IMG/VR virus record: IMGVR_UViG_3300029288_000120
Span: 29,209 to 93,208 of that record
Direction: 5' to 3' (one strand)
DNA: 64,000 bases
Source of the DNA: a virus
Lineage: Duplodnaviria > Caudoviricetes
Shown here: one piece after another, positions 55,325-64,000 of the stretch
Position numbering within the stretch: the stretch's first letter is position 1
How the letters are laid out: every line of letters starts with the position of its first letter
Made by a program: the position numbers and the translations under genes
The notes under the pieces: generated by a model
Told to the model about the DNA's origin: nothing
The model's input: only the letters and a program-made list of their open reading frames with translations
Database searches by the model: none

Positions 55325-56053
55325 ATGAAAACCATCAAATTATTTGCAGCAATCTTATTGCTGTTCGTTGTGCTTGTACCAAGAACACAGGCACAGAACC
55401 CCACTCCTAATCCCGATCCCGAACCTTATGGAATAGTGGGACCGTTGATATCTCTCCCGGGAAATCTCTGTGTATTTAAGGCAGAGATTCCCGAAGGTTC
55501 AAAGGCGTCATGGGTGATAGTCCCTGCAAAAGCTATAGAGAATTCCTATGTGGATTCAAGTGGATGTGCTGTAGCCTTTGCTAGTAGAGAAGAGGGAACT
55601 TTTTACATTATCATGGCTACAACTATTGATAGTAAAGTTGTAGTATTCACCCATGAATTGGAGAACAAGAAAGCAGGACCAGATCCTGATCCTGGACCTG
55701 ATCCTGAACCAGATCCTACACCTGTTCCCGGAAAAAAGTATGTACTAACAGTGTTGGAAAAAAAGGATCCCAGTCCCAGTCAAGCCAAGACTTTGACGGG
55801 ACTAAAAAAATACTTAAAGGAAAGTGGACACGAATGGAATATCGAAGACAAAGATCTGAAAGACCCAGATGGAAAGCCTTCGGTTTGGTTGTCCGTTTAT
55901 CTTAGTAAGATGGAAAAGGAAGGTGTGAAGGTTCCTGCTGTTATCATTGGAAGTTTTGAAAAGGATGGCGAAACAGTAAATATACTCAATGTATCCACCT
56001 TACCAGACTCATCAGAAAAAGCCATTGAATTGGTAAAGAAATACGGAGGTTAA
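55325..56053 (+). CDS. secreted protein with Pro-Asp linker
   Basis: Signal peptide ending TQA; PDPDPGPDPEPDPTP linker. Confidence 0.65.
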   Translation: MKTIKLFAAILLLFVVLVPRTQAQNPTPNPDPEPYGIVGPLISLPGNLCVFKAEIPEGSKASWVIVPAKAIENSYVDSSGCAVAFASREEGTFYIIMATTIDSKVVVFTHELENKKAGPDPDPGPDPEPDPTPVPGKKYVLTVLEKKDPSPSQAKTLTGLKKYLKESGHEWNIEDKDLKDPDGKPSVWLSVYLSKMEKEGVKVPAVIIGSFEKDGETVNILNVSTLPDSSEKAIELVKKYGG

Positions 56054-56055
56054 AG

Positions 56056-56895
56056 ATGCCTAATTTTGCAATACCGAAGTTTTTCAAACCTGGTGCTAAG
56101 GACAGATCAATTAGGTTTGGAAAGGTCAAGGGTGTTCCCCCTTACAGAGATACTAATTATGTTGTTCCTGAATCAGAATGGTTGGATCATTTGCGAGATC
56201 CCAACCGTCCTGTTGGATCAAAAAATGTATGGAGTATATTTGACCAAGATGGTGTAGGCTCCTGTGCCAGCGAGTCTGCTGATGGAGCTATGAAATTGTG
56301 TAGGGAAGGGGCAGGCCGCAAGCGAGTGGAATTCAATCCTTGGGGAACCTACGGAAGGGTAAATGGGGGGAGGGATGGGGGAAGTTCACTTGATGCTAAT
56401 GTAGAGTTCAAAAAGAACTACGGAAGTTTTCCACAAGATGTATGGCCGAGATCGAATGGATGGAAAAAGCAACCTACAGATGCTGCTTATGAGGCAGCGT
56501 ACAACTATAGGTTGGATGAAGCTAGGGACATTGACAATACATCGGCTACGCAGTTCTACGCGGAGTTCTTCTCCACATTTATGCTAGAGGATTCCCCTCT
56601 TGTGTATTTTGGATATCCTGGACATGCCATTGTGGCAACGGATATTGTAGAAGAAGAAAAAGCAACTGATGAAATGATACAGTGTGCCAATCTGATGGAT
56701 CAGTATCTGTTGGGGTCTGGGTTGCTTACCAGTTTAGATATGGTTGGAGGTCTTGTGGATACTCTGTTTATAGAGTATCTCAATTCTTGGCATGAGTCCT
56801 GGGGTAATCATGGATTGGGTTACTTGCGGGCAAGTAGAGTGCAAAGGAGCTATGGAGCTTTTGTATTCTTGTCCACAACAAAAGAGAAAGAATAG
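56056..56895 (+). CDS. papain-like (C1) cysteine peptidase
   Basis: DQDGVGSC (Gln/Cys), GHAI (His) and LNSWHESWG..G (Asn). Confidence 0.8.
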   Translation: MPNFAIPKFFKPGAKDRSIRFGKVKGVPPYRDTNYVVPESEWLDHLRDPNRPVGSKNVWSIFDQDGVGSCASESADGAMKLCREGAGRKRVEFNPWGTYGRVNGGRDGGSSLDANVEFKKNYGSFPQDVWPRSNGWKKQPTDAAYEAAYNYRLDEARDIDNTSATQFYAEFFSTFMLEDSPLVYFGYPGHAIVATDIVEEEKATDEMIQCANLMDQYLLGSGLLTSLDMVGGLVDTLFIEYLNSWHESWGNHGLGYLRASRVQRSYGAFVFLSTTKEKE

Positions 56896-56930
56896 TTACA
56901 TAATCAACTCCAAACTTAATGTAGGTTTCT

Positions 56931-57326
56931 TTGATGAAAGAAGAGGACGTTCGTATGACGAATGCTGCTCCGCTGGGATATCTGATATCGGGAGTAACTT
57001 GTTTGTTGCTGGGGCAATCTCCAATACCAGTAGGTGAATCCATTAAGGAGTGGCTAGCTCTAGGTGGTGCAGGTATTTTGGGATTTCTCTTGTATACTGT
57101 GCTTACCAAAACATTACCCGATGTAATGAAGAGCAACAACGAATCTAATAGATTGCTGTCACTGTCAATTGAGAAGGCTGCTGATATACAGAAAGAAGCG
57201 GCTGATACACAAAAAACAACACTAGACAAAATAGGGGATAAAATGGAGGGCTTGGCTATACACTGTGCTGAGAGACATGCTGAGGATAGATTAACAGTGA
57301 AAGAGTTGTCGGATAAGAAAGACTAA
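56931..57326 (+). CDS. holin-like membrane protein
   Basis: Two hydrophobic segments followed by a coiled coil. Confidence 0.4.
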   Translation: MMKEEDVRMTNAAPLGYLISGVTCLLLGQSPIPVGESIKEWLALGGAGILGFLLYTVLTKTLPDVMKSNNESNRLLSLSIEKAADIQKEAADTQKTTLDKIGDKMEGLAIHCAERHAEDRLTVKELSDKKD

Positions 57327-57329
57327 GAC

Positions 57330-58229
57330 ATGCGTAAGGATTTTGACATGCTGCTGCGAAATACCTATTTCATGCCTTGGTCACGGCTTGGCCCGGCCTT
57401 CGATCAGAATGCTACTATTGCTTTCTGCAAGGAAAATAATTTTTCGCATTTCATGTTGGATGAGACGAAGTGGTGTAAGTCGGCGGGCTGGTATGAATCA
57501 GTTATGCCCGGTGGCTACAGTGAGCTAAAACAATTTGTTACCAAGCTACATGATGCGGATATTATTTTCACGTTACATGGCAGAGTCAGCGAGATTAACA
57601 GCAATGATCCGCTGTTCGTACAGCCACGATTGGATGGACTTGTAAACGCCAAGAATCGAGTATTTGTCGATGCGTTTTCTGAACTACAACAGCAAATTTC
57701 CGCGAGGTTTGTCGCCATCGCTGATTTGATTAACGCTGATGGTCTGTATCTCGACTGGAGCGGTGCGTATTCTGATTTGATCGACGATCCGATTCGCAAG
57801 CGTGAAGCAGTGGTTGCGGAGCAAAGCTCTGTTATCAACCAGCTCACGCGGCCGATGATTTTGCAAGCGTCTCAGTCTAGTCCGGAATTACATGAACATT
57901 GGTGCCTGTCTGGTCAACTCGATCACTATCCCAACGTAATTACGAGCGGAAAAATAAAATCGACCAGGGATCAGTGGAATGATACTTATTTTTTGAATGC
58001 ACAACGGGCTTTGAAGCTCAGCTATCCTGCTCAAATTGGCTGGCTTGATTTTGGGCATGGCATCACTTACGAAGGAAAGCCGATAGAAGATCAAAACCCA
58101 GCGTCGTTGACAAAATTGTGCAAGTATGCAAGAGAACATAACCTGCCGATTGTGCTGGAGGCGACCCTAGAAGAAATCAACTCTCATCCGCAAAAGGATG
58201 AGTTGTTGACAATAATCAAAACAGTTTAG
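57330..58229 (+). CDS. glycoside hydrolase-like TIM-barrel protein
   Basis: GGYSELKQFVTKLHDADI..TLH and ADGLYLDW resemble GH36/GH101-type barrels. Confidence 0.45.
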   Translation: MRKDFDMLLRNTYFMPWSRLGPAFDQNATIAFCKENNFSHFMLDETKWCKSAGWYESVMPGGYSELKQFVTKLHDADIIFTLHGRVSEINSNDPLFVQPRLDGLVNAKNRVFVDAFSELQQQISARFVAIADLINADGLYLDWSGAYSDLIDDPIRKREAVVAEQSSVINQLTRPMILQASQSSPELHEHWCLSGQLDHYPNVITSGKIKSTRDQWNDTYFLNAQRALKLSYPAQIGWLDFGHGITYEGKPIEDQNPASLTKLCKYAREHNLPIVLEATLEEINSHPQKDELLTIIKTV

Positions 58230-58240
58230 AGTATTGATAG

Positions 58241-58834
58241 ATGGCGTTTCATGCCCAGATAAACTTTCGACAGACTAATACTTACGTCAGCGATGGCGAA
58301 GGTCAGACTTATTGCCTCGCCGATCAGTATCCTGTCACGCGCGGCGGATTGACGTTCGGATTAGAAGTTTATTACGGCAGCGCCAATTACGGCCGTAACC
58401 GTTCGACGGCTTACGACGTGCGGCTGGCGGGTGTTGTGCAAAAAGCGAACGACGGCAACCAGAACACTTTTCGACTCGATTTGCCCAACGCTGGTCGGTA
58501 TTTGATCGGCCTGGCGATAGGCGATGCCGGCTACGCTCAAGGTTATCAATACGTGCAAGTGCGAGACAATACAACGGAACTATTTACCGTGGCAAAAGCT
58601 GGCGGAACTGCGATTGCTCATTTTTTGGACGGCGCTGCCACGGATCACACGGCCGCGAATTGGCCTGCAAATTGTGCGTTGGTTGTTGCTGATTTTGCCT
58701 CGACTATTTTGCGTGTTGCGTTCGGTTCGCCGTCCGCTCAAACAAACTCATCGACAATCGCCCATTTGTCAGTGCTTGGTGTAGCCGGACCGAAAAAATC
58801 AGCCCACTATGAGAAGTTGAGGGTTGCTACATGA
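58241..58834 (+). CDS. putative virion beta-sandwich protein
   Basis: FRLDLPNAGRYLIGLAIGDA. Confidence 0.5.
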   Translation: MAFHAQINFRQTNTYVSDGEGQTYCLADQYPVTRGGLTFGLEVYYGSANYGRNRSTAYDVRLAGVVQKANDGNQNTFRLDLPNAGRYLIGLAIGDAGYAQGYQYVQVRDNTTELFTVAKAGGTAIAHFLDGAATDHTAANWPANCALVVADFASTILRVAFGSPSAQTNSSTIAHLSVLGVAGPKKSAHYEKLRVAT

Positions 58835-61158
58835 GTAAAGAGCTACGGCAGTCTACGGCGGTAACAGTCAAGTACGGCCCCTTTGTGGATAACGGCGATG
58901 GCTTTACTCCGGAAACCGGTCTGACTATTCAAAAGGCCGACGTGAGGCTGTCGAAAAACGGTGGCAACATGGCGGCGGCTCATGCGGACCAAGGTGAAAG
59001 TGACGCTGGCGCACCGCACGATGAAATCGGCTATTACGATGTCAGCCTTGACACTACAGACACAGATACACTTGGGCGCCTTAAGATTATGACGAGCAAG
59101 ACGGGTGCTTTATCCCATTGGGATGAATACACGGTTTTGCCTGCCAATGTTTTCGATTCGTTGATTGCCGGAAGTGCAAGCCTAAAAATTGATCTGGATA
59201 CGATCAAGACGCGGGCCGTGACGTGTGGTGCTGCGGTAACAATTCACCCGGCCGTGGGCAGCGATTACAAGCTGGGCGTGGATAGTGACGGCTATATTTC
59301 TTCGGCCAGTGACGTTGACGCTCAAATGCTCGAAGAAGCCATCCGCCAAGGCTATCGCGAGGGCATTGATGTTATCGTGCCCTACGCCGCAACCCCGGCA
59401 GATCGAGGTACGGCTCTGCTTGCGGTCTACGCGACGGCCAAGGCCCGCACGCCTTACAGTGCGGCGATATCGGCGACGAATCCCGTCAATATCTATCTGC
59501 CGCCGTGGTGGTACGATGTTGGGGCGTCAAGTCTCACACTCGATACCAGCTTTGTCAACCTAATCGCCCTCTACCCAGAAATGGGCGGACATAGACAGGC
59601 TACGGATAACGACGTAAGCGATGGTTCAACTTCACTTAACGAATTCAGGCCACCGCGAACGGTTATATATTCGGCTACGGCCGATACTACTGTGGTAACT
59701 CAATCGGCACAAGTGGTCGCATGTCGCGGCTTTGCGGTTGCGCAACTCTCGGGCGATGCGACCGGGACATACCACGCATATTATGTTTCGGACGATACCA
59801 ACGCCGGCAGCGTTTACGACCAGATGTATTTCTGGCACAAGGCACCATATTCCGTTTACGAAACCGCGTACCGATATCCCATCGGGTTTGCAAAACACGT
59901 TGCTGGACTGTGGACGCGGTGCATATCCAATAGCCTTGGTTGGCGAATCGGTTACGACGTTGGTAACGCAGGTATCTTTTCCGCGACTATGATCGATATT
60001 GAAACCGGATCGTATTCGATCATCGGTGATTATCCGGACAAGGATACCAAGGGCGATCATTTTGTTATCGGCTGTTATCTGTTGCGAGTGAAGGCTATCG
60101 GCTGCCTGGGTGGTGGCTCATCGGGTTATGCTTCGATCAATGGTTGCGATTATTGGTCTAACGACGTCGCCGACGATTGCTATTTTATCGAATGCGAGAC
60201 TGGAGATCGCGGCTACGGAATCGGATGCGTGAACTACGGCAATTACTTCCGTTGTCGCGGCAAAGACTACTGTTTATCTTCTACCACGCGAAATGTCGGG
60301 GTTGGAGAAGACGCATTTCTTGCGAATTTTGCTGGTTATGCCGAAGATTGCACGTTTGGAAAAGGATCGGCCGGCGGGCGCAAAGCAAACATCGGCGCAT
60401 ATGGCAAGCTAACCGGAAAGCTGGTGAGATGCAAAATAATTGGAAGCGAGTTGCCGCATCGCATTGAAGGGGCAATCATTGAAAACAGCCTCCTCACGGT
60501 AGCGACGAACAACCAGGATTGCATTACCCTGCTCGACTCCAATAGCAAAATATCCAAGTCCACATTGCTTGTTGTGCAAGGTGGAACTGGCATTCCCATC
60601 AACGCAGCGTCGGCACTCAATGTCTGTGCGGTTGGCAATAGCTACAACAACCTTGGTGCCGCTGGACAAACTAATGGGCTGGGGGCGAACGTGACGAACG
60701 TGGGAAATGAAGCAACGACTACCACTACCGCCGACAAATCAGCTACAGCAACCGCCGCAGCAACCGCCATCCTCGCCACGCCCGCCAATAAACTGGTGAC
60801 TGATGCGGCGGGAGCGGTGGACATGTCAAAAATAGGGGGAAGTACAGATTCATTAACCCGTTTCAAAGCAAGTGTTGATGCTCTGACAGTAGCAAATGTT
60901 GTGGATGTTCTTGCTAATGATGAAATTACATTCTATACCAATCTGCCAGCAGAGAGTGATAATTACTATGGTAATAGTAATGCAGGAATGGTGTTGGCTT
61001 TTATTTCTGGAACAACAAATGCTTTTCAAGCAAGAAGAGTTATAGCCAGTACCACTGAAACTGCACTTACAATAATAACTTTAGAAGAAGCTTTAGATGC
61101 TACACCTGCAAGTGGCGATACATTTATACTTTTAGGTCGTATTACGGAGCTGAGCTAG
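58831..61158 (+). CDS. putative tail fibre/spike-like virion protein
   Basis: N-terminal DVRLSKNGG...GYY..LDTTDTDTLG module; Gly/Cys-rich beta-helix-like centre. Confidence 0.6.
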   Translation: MSKELRQSTAVTVKYGPFVDNGDGFTPETGLTIQKADVRLSKNGGNMAAAHADQGESDAGAPHDEIGYYDVSLDTTDTDTLGRLKIMTSKTGALSHWDEYTVLPANVFDSLIAGSASLKIDLDTIKTRAVTCGAAVTIHPAVGSDYKLGVDSDGYISSASDVDAQMLEEAIRQGYREGIDVIVPYAATPADRGTALLAVYATAKARTPYSAAISATNPVNIYLPPWWYDVGASSLTLDTSFVNLIALYPEMGGHRQATDNDVSDGSTSLNEFRPPRTVIYSATADTTVVTQSAQVVACRGFAVAQLSGDATGTYHAYYVSDDTNAGSVYDQMYFWHKAPYSVYETAYRYPIGFAKHVAGLWTRCISNSLGWRIGYDVGNAGIFSATMIDIETGSYSIIGDYPDKDTKGDHFVIGCYLLRVKAIGCLGGGSSGYASINGCDYWSNDVADDCYFIECETGDRGYGIGCVNYGNYFRCRGKDYCLSSTTRNVGVGEDAFLANFAGYAEDCTFGKGSAGGRKANIGAYGKLTGKLVRCKIIGSELPHRIEGAIIENSLLTVATNNQDCITLLDSNSKISKSTLLVVQGGTGIPINAASALNVCAVGNSYNNLGAAGQTNGLGANVTNVGNEATTTTTADKSATATAAATAILATPANKLVTDAAGAVDMSKIGGSTDSLTRFKASVDALTVANVVDVLANDEITFYTNLPAESDNYYGNSNAGMVLAFISGTTNAFQARRVIASTTETALTIITLEEALDATPASGDTFILLGRITELS

Positions 61159-61159
61159 T

Positions 61160-63538
61160 ATGGTTGGATTTTGGCAGTATTATTTTCAAGCTATAAGCAT
61201 TACGCAATCATCCAGCTCTGGTAGTTCTCCTTCTTCTGTTTCTAGTCTGAGTAGTTCAAGTACTTCCAGTCAATCAAGTCTTTCCAGTTTATCCTCAAGT
61301 TCTACTTCCTCCCTATCATCTATTAGCAGCCTATCAAGTAGTTCCACCAGTAGTCCTAGCAGTTTAAGTAGCTTGAGTAGTTCAAGTACATCAAGTCTTT
61401 CTAGTGCATCATCGAGTTCTACTTCATCTGTTAGTAGTGTTAGTAGTCTTTCCAGTAGCTCAACATCAAGTCTAAGTAGTCTTTCTTCATCAAGCACATC
61501 TTCTCCTTCTAGTGTTTCTTCAGTTTCCTCCCTAAGTAGTAGCTCAACTTCAAGTGTAAGTAGTCCTAGTAGTCAATCAAGTGCATCCAGCTCAAGTACT
61601 TCTAGTGTTAGCAGCAAAAGTTCAGTTAGTAGCAGTTCTACTTCCAGTGGTAGTAGTCAATCAAGTCAGTCTTCATCAAGCACTTCCAGTATAAGCAGTG
61701 TATCTAGTCTTTCCAGCCAATCATCCTCTAGTACCTCCAGTGTTTCAAGTACTTCTTCTGTATCGTCCGTTTCTTCTAGTTCTACTTCCTCTCCTTCAAG
61801 TATATCATCCTTATCAAGTTCATCTACTTCTTCCCCTTCGTCTATTAGTAGTCTTTCTAGTAGCTCTACCAGTAGTGTTTCATCGGCTTCTAGTGTTTCA
61901 TCTTCATCCACTAGCAGTCCCAGTAGTGTCAGCAGTTTAAGCAGTATCTCCAGCAGCTCAACGTCGAGTATTTCCAGCATTTCTTCTCTAAGTAGCCAAT
62001 CTTCGTCGAGTACATCAAGTCTTTCCAGTCTATCAAGTAGTTCCACTTCTTCTATATCATCAGTAAGCAGTTTATCAAGCAGTTCAACTAGCAGTATCAG
62101 TAGTTTTTCGTCATTAAGCAGCAGTTCCACAAGTAGCCCAAGTAGTCTGTCGTCATCAAGTACAAGTAGTCCTTCTAGTAAATCCTCGGTTTCTTCTAGT
62201 TCCACCAGCAGTGTATCAAGTTTATCAAGTGTATCAAGTTCATCTTCATCAAGTACTTCCTCAATCAGCAGCCCAAGCAGTCAGTCCTCTTCAAGTACAA
62301 GTAGTATCAGTAGTCCCAGCAGTATTTCCAGTGTTTCCAGTTCAAGTACATCTTCTGTTAGCAGTGTCAGCAGTCCCAGTAGTTTATCCAGCAGTTCTAC
62401 TTCTTCTATATCATCAGTAAGCAGTCTATCTAGTTCTAGCACATCCTCTGTTAGCAGTTTAAGTAGCCAATCTTCTTCAAGTACTTCCAGTGTTTCATCT
62501 CTTTCATCTTTGAGTAGCAGCTCTACAAGTAGCCAATCATCAGTATCCTCAAGTTCTACTTCCTCCCCATCATCTGTTAGCAGTCTTTCAAGTTCAAGTA
62601 CATCTTCTGCTTCTAGTCCATCTTCTATAAGTTCTATTAGTAGTAGTTCTAAAAGCAGTGTTAGTAGTCTTTCAAGTTCAAGTACATCCTCTGCTTCTAG
62701 TCCGAGTAGCGTATCTGGATCAAGTCAAAGCAGTATTTCTAGTTCCAGTAAGAGCAGTGTATCTAGCCTTTCAAGTAGTTCTACCAGCAGTATCAGTAGC
62801 GCTTCATCATTAAGTAGCAGCTCTACTTCCAGCCTAAGTAGCCAATCATCACTGTCAAGTTTGAGTTCCTCTAGTACATCTTCAGTTTCCTCTAGCTCTA
62901 CTTCCAGTCCAAGCAGCCAGTCAAGTGTTTCAAGTTCCAGTACATCCAGCATTTCTTCTCTAAGTAGCCAATCTTCTTCTAGCACAAGCAGTGTTAGTAG
63001 TATTAGCAGTGTCAGCAGTATATCCAGTTCAAGTACTTCCTCTGTTTCCAGTCTAAGTAGTGTATCCAGTGGTTCTAGCTCAAGCACTTCATCAGTAAGT
63101 AGCCCATCAAGCATATCCAGTCTGTCTAGTTCAAGCACTTCCTCGGCAAGTAGTATAAGTAGTACATCGAGCATCTCTAGTTCTAGCACTTCTTCGGTTT
63201 CTAGCATTAGCAGCATCTCTTCAATTTCTTCTTCAAGTGTTTCTTTGCCTTCTGATGTTTCTTCTAGTAGTATATCATCTCTAAGTTCTCTCAGTAGTCT
63301 TTCAAGCAGTTCTGTTAGTAGTGTAAGCTCTTCACAGTCAACAGGAATAATAGATTTTCCAGCAGGAAAAACTGTAACCAATGTTGGTACAGATGATGCT
63401 ACAATTGTTCCTGTGGGCATTGTGGGCAAGACGGTTGGGGATACTGGACCGTCTTATGTTACTATTAACAGTGTAGATATTTCAGGTAAAACATTAACTA
63501 GTGTAGGACCAGATTCTTCAACATTTAGTAATCCATGA
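61160..63538 (+). CDS. extremely Ser-rich (mucin-like) protein
   Basis: About 700 residues of S-rich units (e.g. SSSSTSSVSSL) encoded by mixed TCN/AGY codons, with short non-repetitive termini. Confidence 0.75.
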   Translation: MVGFWQYYFQAISITQSSSSGSSPSSVSSLSSSSTSSQSSLSSLSSSSTSSLSSISSLSSSSTSSPSSLSSLSSSSTSSLSSASSSSTSSVSSVSSLSSSSTSSLSSLSSSSTSSPSSVSSVSSLSSSSTSSVSSPSSQSSASSSSTSSVSSKSSVSSSSTSSGSSQSSQSSSSTSSISSVSSLSSQSSSSTSSVSSTSSVSSVSSSSTSSPSSISSLSSSSTSSPSSISSLSSSSTSSVSSASSVSSSSTSSPSSVSSLSSISSSSTSSISSISSLSSQSSSSTSSLSSLSSSSTSSISSVSSLSSSSTSSISSFSSLSSSSTSSPSSLSSSSTSSPSSKSSVSSSSTSSVSSLSSVSSSSSSSTSSISSPSSQSSSSTSSISSPSSISSVSSSSTSSVSSVSSPSSLSSSSTSSISSVSSLSSSSTSSVSSLSSQSSSSTSSVSSLSSLSSSSTSSQSSVSSSSTSSPSSVSSLSSSSTSSASSPSSISSISSSSKSSVSSLSSSSTSSASSPSSVSGSSQSSISSSSKSSVSSLSSSSTSSISSASSLSSSSTSSLSSQSSLSSLSSSSTSSVSSSSTSSPSSQSSVSSSSTSSISSLSSQSSSSTSSVSSISSVSSISSSSTSSVSSLSSVSSGSSSSTSSVSSPSSISSLSSSSTSSASSISSTSSISSSSTSSVSSISSISSISSSSVSLPSDVSSSSISSLSSLSSLSSSSVSSVSSSQSTGIIDFPAGKTVTNVGTDDATIVPVGIVGKTVGDTGPSYVTINSVDISGKTLTSVGPDSSTFSNP

Positions 63539-63547
63539 GGTAAAAAT

Positions 63548-63883
63548 ATGACACTTATATACGCATACAAAGGCAGAGGTGTAACAAAGGATATTGCTAT
63601 CAATAGTTCTGGTGGTACCATAATTACCCCTGGAACAAATGATCTTGTAAGAATCTCAATAGGGAGAGTTGGGGAAGATGTTCTTTTCACCGTTACAAGT
63701 GGAACACCAACAAGTAATGGCAGTTCTATTACCAAGGGAGCATTAAATAGGTTACGTATAGATGCTTCTGATTTGGAAGACATTGATCCAGGAACTTATA
63801 CTTTGTTTGTGGATTATTTTGATAACGCAGACGCTCAGGAATGGAAGAATGTTGATAGGCAAGTATTTGTTTTGGAGGATTAG
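63548..63883 (+). CDS. putative virion structural protein
   Basis: GAGG RBS; IDPGTYTLFVDY beta-rich pattern. Confidence 0.55.
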   Translation: MTLIYAYKGRGVTKDIAINSSGGTIITPGTNDLVRISIGRVGEDVLFTVTSGTPTSNGSSITKGALNRLRIDASDLEDIDPGTYTLFVDYFDNADAQEWKNVDRQVFVLED

Positions 63884-63886
63884 ACA

Positions 63887-64000
63887 ATGTCTAAACAAAA
63901 TCTGTTAAATGTACTAAAAGAAACGGCACAGGCCTTACGAGGTTTGAAATTCAATCCTTACCACGATCCTACCAGTGGTCGATTTGGTTCAGGGGGAGGT
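63887..64000 (+). CDS. partial ORF (3' truncated) with NPYHDPxxGRF motif
   Basis: GGAGG RBS; MSKQNLL...KFNPYHDPTSGRFGSGGG. Confidence 0.5.
   Translation, partial: MSKQNLLNVLKETAQALRGLKFNPYHDPTSGRFGSGGG

Noticed and set aside
61270-63429. Leu/Glu/Asp-rich minus-strand ORFs
   Set aside because: Antisense shadows of the Ser-codon-rich gene.
1-64000. tRNA, rRNA or integrase genes
   Set aside because: None recognised by eye; a tRNAscan-SE/ARAGORN run would be needed to exclude tRNAs.

Overview
The window is part of a large dsDNA tailed-phage genome with essentially all genes on the + strand; several domains hint at a Planctomycetota-like host. Order: end of a Ser/Cys-rich virion-type gene and a glycan-modification cluster (glycosyl-, methyl- and sulfotransferases, 2.4-10.6 kb); a non-coding region with a structured RNA ending in a type II hammerhead ribozyme (11.0-11.5 kb); early/host-takeover genes including a Ycf46-like AAA ATPase with swapped Walker blocks; replication genes (SNF2 helicase, primase, initiator with internal iterons, DnaB); a 7-deazaguanine DNA-modification operon (queD, queE, PRTase-folE, an unexpected PLP aminotransferase, queC, dpdA-like); a beta clamp; a family A DNA polymerase split into UDG-exonuclease and polymerase genes; recombination genes; csrA, ugd, terminase and structural/lysis-type genes. 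The main find lies between the two polymerase halves: an RNA-guided TIGR-Tas-like locus. It has 21 stem-loop units (stem-CGA-N9-TGAAACCGA-N9-TG-stem) in three arrays interleaved with an unknown 170-aa gene and a nuclease-less Nop/IS110-like protein, plus a 3-unit satellite array upstream of recA. All calls come from reading motifs by eye; no database searches were run.
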